Assembly: GCF_000143415.4 (NCBI RefSeq)
Contig: NW_003314262.1
Location: forward strand, 596,078-660,077
Origin: Selaginella moellendorffii
Lineage: Eukaryota; Plantae; Lycopodiophyta
Length of the DNA: 64,000 bases
Direction: 5' to 3'
The notes under the pieces were generated by a model, which was given only the letters and a program-made list of their open reading frames with translations, did not search any database and was not told where the DNA came from. The translations under genes and the position numbers were made by a program. Positions 50,191 to 60,403 of the stretch are shown piece by piece (the first letter of the stretch is position 1; each line of letters opens with the position of its first letter).

Positions 50191-53100
50191 CGGAGCCTGA
50201 GAGGGTGAAAGCCCAAAGCGTTCGTCTCCCAGACCCTGGGGGGTTTGGTGAGCTCCAAAAGTATAGTAAGGGGGAGGACTGCAGTGGAGCCAGTTTGGCC
50301 AGGAAAGGCCAGTTTGGCCCAGGAAGGCCGGACCCAGTGTTGGGTGATGAGCTGCCCACTGGGAAGTCCAAGACTAGAGTGAACACGGACCGACAAGCGG
50401 GGTAGCTTGGTGAAGTGTTCAAGAGCCGGCTCTAGTTCCCCCGGGAGATCGACTGGCCGATGCTCCCAGTCCAAGTGTGGGTGGCACTACCTACTTGGAT
50501 ACCAAGCGTGGCTCAATGGAACCTCGCTCTAAGCCCATGGCTAGAGCACCTAAAGGCGATAGGTGGGGAGAGTACCCAGGTGGCTCGCGTAAGGCCACGG
50601 TGTTCCGAAATGTTGTCCCAAAGGCCCAGACTGTGGAAAGGAAGAGGAGCAGCCCTCTGGGGTAGTGACCAAGGACACAGTCATGTGGTGAGGAAGTCCC
50701 AGAGGACCGTGGGACTTAGTGGTCGGGCCTGTGGGCCTCGATCCAGTGGCAGTGTTGGCAAACACGGCCAGGGGCAAAAAGGGACTTGGTAGGAACTGAC
50801 AAAGGGACTTTGGGGAAGGCAATTCCCCAGGTCTGTGGGCATCCTAAGGATGCTAAGGAGTGGATCTAGGATGACCACTCGTGGACACATGGCCAAGTCT
50901 TGGAGAGACGAGGTGGTGATGCAAGTGGTGTTGAACCACTAGTGCAGCAAAGGTGAATGGGCATGGCCTTAGCGTAACGGGCCGAGATGTCAGTGGTACC
51001 TTTGGGTGTCGGTCTCGGGACCGGACACGTGGAGCACTTGGACCAGGTGCAAGTGTGGAGTGGCATGGATGCCATTCTTGGGGCTAGCAAGTCCCAAGTC
51101 CTGAATTGGACTGATGGAGGTTGTGAATGAGACTCCTCGAAGTGGTCAGAGGTGTGGTTAAGTGACTAAAGTAAAATGGAAAATTTAGTCGCTTACAATT
51201 TGGTATCGGAGCTGTTCCTTAGTCTGACTTTTATTGGTGCTCAAGTATATCACCACTAGCGTTGGCATCGGAAGGTCCGAGGAGTGGGCCTATCCTTGAG
51301 GAGTAGCAAGTCGGGAAGACATGGCTCTCCATTACAGTTCATGTGTGAACTTGTAGACGAGGTGGTGGATAGAAAAGGGCCAATAATGGAACGACTTTGG
51401 GATCTTGGGAACAGTGCAAGGTTTTCCTCATTGAGTTGAGGAGGTGATCCAGATGAGCGTTTGACTCAGCAAACGGGCTAATGTAGTTGGGGTAAACAAC
51501 TATAGTTGGGATCACGGGGAAGATAAAGACTCCAAAAACAATAAAGGAGTCACAAGTTTATCCTCATATGGTTGAGGCTGGTGCTCATGAAGGTGAGACT
51601 GGAATGGATGACCGTGAGAGGTCAAGTATGGATGAGGACACGAGTCCTCGAAATGGTAGCCGGGGCTACCTCTAATAAATGCTGGAACAACCCAAGGAGT
51701 TGGGGGTGTATTAAGTGGATGAGTTGGTATTCTCATCACATGGACAAGTAGTCCTAAGGGGCAAAGGTTGCCCCCAGAGAACAAAATCAAGTGTCGGAGT
51801 AACACTTGTGAAAATAGTCCTTTTGAGTAGGACAGGAATGCAAGAAGTGTATTCCAGTGAGCTAGTGCCTCACAAGTAGGACCTTACGGGTCTGTGGATT
51901 AACCAAGTCCAAAACTGCTGGATGACTCAAGTAGAGTCAAGGGATGGTCCTAAAAGGACTGATGGAAGCATTTGGACCGAGGTGTGTTGTACCCCACAAA
52001 GGATGGGGGGGGGGGATCATAGGATCCAAGGATGAGAACAGAGGGTATCTCATCGATGGCAAAATGTGCCATGTTAAAGTCGTGGGAAAGGTGTTCCCAA
52101 AAAAGAAAACAACTTTGACACAAAGTTGTGTGTGACCTCTATGGTGTAGTGCTAACAGATGGTTGGCATGAGAAAGAGTGGCATTGGTCTTGGCAAAGAC
52201 TTAGACACAAAGAAGAAGTGTCATAGAGGTAGGCTCGTGGAGCCGATGGTGTGGAGACACCAAATGTGCCAAGGTGTGATACCTTGAGGCTATGTTGGTG
52301 GGTTCATGAGAACCCTTGCCAAAGGAATCCCAATGGAAATGGGAATAGCATAGCCTAAGCTGCAGAGCATGCAGTTGGAGTGTGGTGACCCAGATAATGA
52401 TGGAGGTGTGAAAGCACCAAGCAATGAGTTGTAGGACTTGACAACTATGAGGCAACTAAGCAAGAGGTGCAAAATAACTGGTTAAACGGGTAGAAGGTAG
52501 CTACCCAAGACTTCTTAATAGCATAGGGAAGTTGGATATACCCTTACGAGGGATAAGTTGCTTGTGTTGCGATATAGTAAGTCAATGTCATAAAAGGAAA
52601 TACTCATTGTCAAGAAAGCCATCATTGGGACACCCGAACACTCTAGAACACCAGAAGGTGGTGTTTGATGTCGCGAGGGCAATGGATAAAGCCCAAGGGA
52701 CTAAGTCCCTAGCGAATGATGGATAGAAGGTGCTATCCAAATGTCCAAGGTTGCGGAGACAGGAGAGGACTGTCTACCCGAGTTGGACAAAGCCAAAAAT
52801 GGAATTTTGGCAAGGCTAGTGATGGGCATGTAAAGGCCCATAAGCAACAATGTAATCCCAATGTGTGGGATTATAAGGTGAGCATACCCGGATTGAGGAA
52901 CCACTCCCTAGGCTATTGGGTAGGTTCATCCCTAAGAATACTTGCTAAAGCATGATAGAAAGTGCAAAGCTATCCTCCTTGTCTGGAGGAGAATGACCGA
53001 AGGAAAGGTGTGAAGCCAAAGGCAAGTAGTATTGGGATGGAACTGAACCATAGAAATCGAAGGGCATAACCAAGGTTGGTTATGCCAGCTGGGGGTGCAG

Positions 53101-55485
53101 AATCAAGTGGGGGCTCGAGGGTGTTGCCGCTAGCAACCGTGATGCCATGGAGAGTCTAAGTTATGGAATTGTCCATGTTAGACTATGTGGCATTTGGAAG
53201 GCTTGCAAAAGGGAGGCCTTAGCAAGCTGAGGGACAGAGTTCCTTCAAGGTTCCCAAAGACGATTCTAGGTAGCTTAGTACCTAGAAAGGCCAAGTGTAA
53301 ATGGTTCATGGAACGCGCGAAATCAGAGTGGCGCAGCAAAAGCGTGGTCTTGAAGCTTGCCATGAGGCAAGGCTATCAAGGTTAGGGAAGTAGTTCCCGA
53401 GTGTTCAAAGAGAGGGCTTTGAACGAAAGTCGATGGTCAAGGACTTTCACGCTTATGCAGGAACCATGTTACAGTGGTCGGAGAACTTGCCAAGCGAGAT
53501 TGGCACGTCGGGGGAACAAATACCCTAGTTGAAGGCGATAACTTCAAAAAGGGTGGGCCATGGGGCCGAGCATGGAGGAGTCCATGCATGATCACAGACA
53601 TGTCAAGTGAGAGGACTTGGCAGTGTGGAGGAACTAGGTTCCTAAGCTGTGATCTGTAGCGCGCTTTAAAAATAAGTTGGTGCACCGGCGTGGGGAGTCA
53701 CGCCAGGCATCTTGTGTGATGCCATCCGTAGATGCATATACGGAGGTTGGGTTCGAGTCCCGACCCTCTAGTGCTTGGGTTCGAGTCCCAAATCACTAGG
53801 GCGTGGTGATGGTTTGAAATATGAGGACACTCATATTTCGGTGGTCATGGACTCTCAGTGGGGAGACTGGTTTGGGCACACCGCCAAGCGAGGGATGCCT
53901 CGGAGTCGTGATGCACGGTTAGATTGCCTAGTGTGAAAGCTCGGCATATCTAACTTGAACGCTTTGGTGCAAGTGGCACCAAGGTCGTGGTGAGTGAGAT
54001 GGGGACACCTAATCTCAGTTGCTATGAACCCTTGGCCGTAAGGGCTAGCTTGGGTGCACCGCCAAGTGTGGGGGATGCCCCCGGGGTTATAGTCAACAAC
54101 TTGGAGGTCTAGAAAACCAAGTACCTCTTGGCAAATCTGTTAAGGTGCCAAGGTGAGATCACTAGGTGATCTTATGGCCAGATAAGGACAAGGTCCTTGG
54201 TTGGCTAAGGAATGAAGTTCCTGGTTCAAAATGTTGAAATTGAACTGTTTAAGGTGGTGTGGCTTGGTCGTGATAACCAAGTGGGAAGAGCACCTAAGGG
54301 AAATAAACTATGTCCGTGCGATGGCATAGTGAGTCCGAGGAAAGTAGTCTCTATAAAAGACCCATGGGAGGGTCACGAAGTTGGGCCGTGGATAGAGCCC
54401 ATAGTAGAAGATGCTAAAGAGACGTACTAGGGGTGAACATCCTCCGGACTTGGCAAAGAAGAGTCTTTGCTATGGAACCGAAACAATACCTCAAGGAGGG
54501 AGGTAGAGATTCGATGTTGCTTGGTGCAACAATCAACGGATAGGAGCAAAAGATGAGTGGCCAAGATAGGGCCGTGGAATCCCTTGGAAGGAATCCAAGT
54601 GACAAAGTTAGGCGAGGAACACTAATGTGTTGGACGCTAACAAGTTGCGGGAAAGGAAGTGTGTTTCCAAGGAAGGATTCCGAAATGCTCCAATTTGGCG
54701 AAAGTGGAAGCTCCAAGGGAGGGAGCGGTAAGGTAGCCAAATGATAGGGCCATGAACAGCCCTAGCACAAAGTATGATAACTGGAACTTTGGCACGAAAT
54801 AGAAGAGAGGATGATGGTGCCCTCGAGTAGAGAACTTCCTAGGATGGGAAGTGGAGTTGCACAAAAGGTGCAAGGCAAGGTGTCGGAGACACCTAAGAAA
54901 TTGACTCCAAGAAGTCAAAATTCAAAGTTCCAAAGTGCAAAGGTTATATCGATGGAAATTGAGACTACTCGAGAAGGAGTAGTGGGATTGACTTAGAGAA
55001 GGGTCTCTAAGAGGTTTAGCGAGAACTAAACCAATAAAAGGAGAGAACCATTACATGTGGTCCAATCAGTCTCTAAGTTGGAGAGACTACGCTCCTTAAA
55101 GGATGGACAAGGCATGGTGAGCCTTTGATGTCAAACCATAGACAAAGATTGGCTAGGTGCCAAAGATGGAAATGGTGACACGTGTGGGTGTCACTTTATG
55201 AAAGGGTTTACCGTTCGATGAGGACATCGAACTTCGTCTATGGGTGGTGGAGTTGTGAGACACAAAATCCCTAGGCCCCAAAGTGGAGCCGGAAGGGCGC
55301 CACATGGTAGTGGCCGAAGCGAGAGCCAAACGAGCATAACACGTTTGGACCAAAAGCTCCGACTTGAAAAGTCAAGAGCGGGAGTGGAACTCCCAACGAA
55401 GTGCTCGAGGAACGAGCACGAAGCGAGCAAAAGGCGAGGCTCCAAAAAGGGACCCAAAAGGACCAACACATGACACGTGGGAGTG

Positions 55486-56081
55486 TCCGAGATGGACTCG
55501 AGTTGGAGTCCGAAGTGGAGTCCGAGATGGACCCGAGATGGAGTCCGAGATGGAGTCCGAGGTGGACCCGAGATGGACCCGAAATGGAGTCCGAGATGGA
55601 GTCCGAGATGGACCCGAGATGGAGTCCGAGGTGGACCCGAGATGGACCCGAAATGGAGTCCGAGATGGACCCGAGATGGAGTCCGAGGTGGACCCGAGAT
55701 GGACCCGAGATGGAGTCCGAGATGGAGTCCGAGATGGACCCGAGATGGAGTCCGAGATGGAGTCCGAGATGGAGTCCGAGGTGGACCCGAGATGGACCCG
55801 AAATGGAGTCCGAGATGGACCCGAGATGGAGTCCGAGATGGAGTCCGAGATGGACCCGAGATGGACCCGAGATGGAGTCCGAGATGGAGTCCGAGATGGA
55901 GTCCGAGATGGAGTCCGAGATGGAGTCCGAGATGGAGTCCGAGGTGGACCCGAGATGGACCCAAGATGGAGTCCGAGATGGAGTCCGAAGTCGAGACCGA
56001 GACCGGGACCGAGACCGGGACCGAGACCGAGACCGAGGCCGAGGCCAAGACCGAGCCCGAGCCCGAGTCCGAGTCCGAGTC
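55486..56081 (+). repeat. Same tandem array in the 3' LTR
   Basis: Same unit order as 49595-50190, offset 5891 bp. Confidence 0.95.
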
Positions 56082-57949
56082 CGGAGCCTGAGAGGGTGAA
56101 AGCCCAAAGCGTTCGTCTCCCAGACCCTGGGGGGTTTGGTGAGCTCCAAAAGTATAGTAAGGGGGAGGACTGCAGTGGAGCCAGTTTGGCCAGGAAAGGC
56201 CAGTTTGGCCCAGGAAGGCCGGACCCAGTGTTGGGTGATGAGCTGCCCACTGGGAAGTCCAAGACTAGAGTGAACACGGACCGACAAGCGGGGTAGCTTG
56301 GTGAAGTGTTCAAGAGCCGGCTCTAGTTCCCCCGGGAGATCGACTGGCCGATGCTCCCAGTCCAAGTGTGGGTGGCACTACCTACTTGGATACCAAGCGT
56401 GGCTCAATGGAACCTCGCTCTAAGCCCATGGCTAGAGCACCTAAAGGCGATAGGTGGGGAGAGTACCCAGGTGGCTCGCGTAAGGCCACGGTGTTCCGAA
56501 ATGTTGTCCCAAAGGCCCAGACTGTGGAAAGGAAGAGGAGCAGCCCTCTGGGGTAGTGACCAAGGACACAGTCATGTGGTGAGGAAGTCCCAGAGGACCG
56601 TGGGACTTAGTGGTCGGGCCTGTGGGCCTCGATCCAGTGGCAGTGTTGGCAAACACGGCCAGGGGCAAAAAGGGACTTGGTAGGAACTGACAAAGGGACT
56701 TTGGGGAAGGCAATTCCCCAGGTCTGTGGGCATCCTAAGGATGCTAAGGAGTGGATCTAGGATGACCACTCGTGGACACATGGCCAAGTCTTGGAGAGAC
56801 GAGGTGGTGATGCAAGTGGTGTTGAACCACTAGTGCAGCAAAGGTGAATGGGCATGGCCTTAGCGTAACGGGCCGAGATGTCAGTGGTACCTTTGGGTGT
56901 CGGTCTCGGGACCGGACACGTGGAGCACTTGGACCAGGTGCAAGTGTGGAGTGGCATGGATGCCATTCTTGGGGCTAGCAAGTCCCAAGTCCTGAATTGG
57001 ACTGATGGAGGTTGTGAATGAGACTCCTCGAAGTGGTCAGAGGTGTGGTTAAGTGACTAAAGTAAAATGGAAAATTTAGTCGCTTACATTATGTTGGCAT
57101 TGTTTTTTATTTTACCTTTATCATGGATCTTTACAAGTTCTCTATTTGGAAGAGAGCATGATTGAGGATGATGTGGCTCCATGAGTTAGTGAGAAGTTCT
57201 CAGTTTCTTCCTCATTGGCTTGGATCTTTCAAGTCTTTCTGACTTGGCACATATTATCGCGAATAGTAAGTCATTGACATCCTTGAAACTTGGCAAGATC
57301 AGCACAAATGTGGTGGATCTTCCAGTGAACATCTTTATCACAGCCATGGTGGAACTCTTGCAATTCTATTCTAATATTTCTTCTAATTTCATCACAGCTC
57401 CTCCAAGATCTCGGCCATCAGATTATGGTCCACAACACTGTGAGAGAGACCGAGACAGGGATTACAGGGACTACTTTTGTAGATCACCCCACTACTCTCT
57501 ATAAAGGGGTGACAGCCATGACAAATCTTAGAAGGTACTACAGGGAGAGATCTCATTTGCCTCACTACTACCATAAGGAATGCTCTTGCTCACGTTACCA
57601 CATGTATTGACGTTGAACACCACAAGGTTTACTTACAAGCTTAATTGTGACTATTTCATTACACCTGCTATAAAGCCTTAGAATTGTCAGAATATATAGC
57701 TGATATTTATGACCTATAGTGGAATATATAAGGTTGCAAACATGTTTGAATAACATTGGGATATGTGACTTATTGGGAAGTTTAAATTTAGGAGCTTACA
57801 TTTGATATTAGAGGGGGTTCAAAAACATTGTATTGAATAAAATACAATAGTATTGTCACTCTAAGCTCTCTACAAACTTTTCAATGGTGTCTCTCAATGC
57901 TATACCATCTTTAGCTGAATGAAGAGACTTTTATGGAAAGTAGCTTGCA

Positions 57950-58740
57950 TTATGTTTAAATTTGTTAGGGTTAAAATCCTCTATGAGGACATCTAGGCAT
58001 CCTCGTGAACAACATCATGGCATGCTGTATGCTATATAACTTGATGATTACAAAGAATGATAGGTTCCAAATCCCTTATGAGCTAGTAATTTTCATTGCC
58101 TTTTCAAAATTTCAAAAGATTGCTTAACAACAATTCTTGTAAAACAATGAAGGAAGTTGTATTGCTCTTTGCCATGAAACCTGTTTGGATATGGGACCAA
58201 AACCAATAAAGCACAATCATATCCTCCATCATCAATGATATATTATAGAATATCCCAAAACTTTGTATGGTATACTAAACCATATAAACACTTGTTCTCA
58301 ATCCATACCTTCTTCAAACCACTAGAATTTCAAACTCGTCTATCTGGAACCATGCCTTGAACTACCATCGAGTAATACTTTTTTGCCTTAGCATACCAAT
58401 CTATTGCATCCTTTGATCTTGGGAGTTCAATTGCAATGTGAGTGCAATCTATTGCACCACAATAATTTAGGAATCCATGCAATCTCTAAAATCTTGTTAT
58501 AACTTTATTCATTTCCTCCTTATCTGGCTAATGGATTAGTAGTCCTTCATGCTCAAGCAATGCATAGCTAAAATAGCATAGACAAGCTTGAGTAGTGCAT
58601 AAAGCCACTCTAAATGCATTATCAATCATTTGCCATATATCCCCAGATGCTTAGTGTTTCAAAGCAATAGCTACTTGCTTTGAAATAGGCAAGTGTTGCC
58701 TTGATATTTCTACTAAACTTGGAGAAGGCTATAAATATTT
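57950..58740 (-). mobile_element. PIF/Harbinger (HARBI1-like) DDE transposase relic
   Basis: Minus strand gives VAIALKH*ASGD...FRV, NYCGAIDCTHIAI, FEILKRQ*KLL and (after undoing a microinversion) MACCMLYN; multiple stops. Confidence 0.8.
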
Positions 58741-59269
58741 AAAAGGAATGATTTAAGAGTCAATTCATAATGGTTTAAATATAGAATAAAATAGCTCATG
58801 AATAAAAGTACATCCCTTTTTCTAATTAGTTAAGGGTCTTAGGATATTTGGGGTTAAATATCATTGGGTTTCGAGTTCAACTTTGTTGGTTGGATAAGGG
58901 AATCACATCACACATTAATTGACATCTAGTAGGTTTAATTTGCTCTAACTGGGTTTGACTTGAGAGGTAAAGTGTCAAGAGAGTGGGGCTCTTAGAAAAG
59001 CTATAGCTTTTAGCTTCCGTTCATGAGGGCATGAACTTGTAAAGAAGCCTGATAGATTATAAACAATCGAAGGGAATGACTTAAAAATAATTCAAATATA
59101 AAGGGAAAGTGCCCATAAACAAAATGCACCCCTTTTCCAAATTCGTTAAGGATCTTGGGATACTTGAGATTTAAACATTTTTAGGTTTGAATAGTACTAG
59201 GATATATGACTTCATGGGAAGTCAAAATTTAGGAGCTTATAGAGGCCTCTTATCCAATTTTGGAGTAAG

Positions 59270-59620
59270 TTCATCACAACGAAAAGTGAATGTAGATATT
59301 GAAACTTGAAAATCTTTATTGTCTAATTTGGAGCTAATTCATCATAACGAAAAGTGAATGTATACTAAACTTGAAATTTTTTAAATCTTTGTGGATTTAT
59401 ATGGAGAACTTTAAGCTATATCTAATACGATCAGTGGAGACTTCTCAACTTGATGTAATATGCACTAATTGATAGCCCTAGAAGCTTCTTTTAGTGATTA
59501 CTCTTTCAACAAATGAATATAGATATTGAAACTTAAAAATCTTTAAATCTTTGTGGATCTATATAGGAACTTTATGAGACTTTTTGACTTGATGTGGTAT
59601 GCACTAATTGATATCTTTAG
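59270..59620. repeat. Degenerate tandem/subterminal repeats
   Basis: gaaaagtgaatgta...aaacttgaaa and tttaaatctttgtggat...gcactaattgata recur at ~59281, 59350, 59380, 59513 and 59540. Confidence 0.6.
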
Positions 59621-60403
59621 TAGCTCCTTTTTAATAATCACTCTCTCAACAAATGAAGTTTTAATGGGATATGGCATAGAAAACACTATAGTAATTACTT
59701 TTGCCACGATTTGAATGAATAAGGGCTTTTTTAAAACTAAAACTAAAATGATGTCCTCCTCTTTTAGAAAAAACAACTTTACCAAATTTAAGTACTTCAT
59801 CACAATCTCTATAGCATATGGGAAATGATCACTAAGGAAATTTTTTTAAGCCATAACATAGTGTGTGCTCAATTTAGGGCAAAAGAAATGGTGCCCTAAT
59901 CCATTATAATGTGGAGAAAAAAAGCTGATGTATAGCCTTATTTAATATATCAAAAACATGATTACACATAATTATTAAAGAAAAGAATGGGTGGGTGAAG
60001 AAATTATAAAGTTTTTTAGTTTTATAATTATCATGACAATGATTGTTTCTTCCCTGAATATGAAGCATTGGTTCACTATATTGATAGTTAAAATTGACTA
60101 TATTGACTAAAAGTTTTAACAAAAGATTAGAGTCTTGTTGATAACATCAGTCAACATCACTAGAAAATCCTTGTTAACTATTTTTTCTATATATCCATTG
60201 AGTTTAATCCTTTACACCTATTATAGATGCTTTTTAAAATACTTAAATAAAATATTTAGTGAATTTAATGGTAAAAACTAATGTATTAAAGCTCTCAAAG
60301 TTTTAGAAATATTGATATTGAAAGTCTTTGCTAATTGCTCAATATTGACTAGGTAATTACTAATTTATATATAGAATTCTTAGTTATTAAATTAAATTCA
60401 TAG

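Larger units (their letters stand above)
49363..57088 (+). mobile_element. Recent non-autonomous LTR retrotransposon (LARD-like; probably Ty3/gypsy-derived)
   Basis: 1835-bp TG...CA LTRs at 49363-51197 and 55254-57088, TSD TTATG, PBS tggtatcggagc at 51201, purine tract gggtggtggag before the 3' LTR. The 4.06-kb interior has no long ORF. Confidence 0.95.

Noticed and set aside
49327-50474. Long ORFs in all six frames (ESEM/RDGV/SPRW repeats), duplicated at 55191-56365
   Set aside because: They arise from a stop-free 11/12-bp tandem array inside LTRs; there is no evidence of a real protein
49363-51197. Retrozyme (hammerhead ribozyme in the LTR)
   Set aside because: I found no CTGATGA...GAAA core in proper stem context; the nearest matches (gtgatgag, ctgatgga) deviate. 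An Infernal scan would be decisive.
53700-53800. tRNA gene or SINE
   Set aside because: Only T-arm/B-box motifs; no convincing D-arm/A-box, anticodon arm or poly-A/T tail. Kept as a finding, not a feature.
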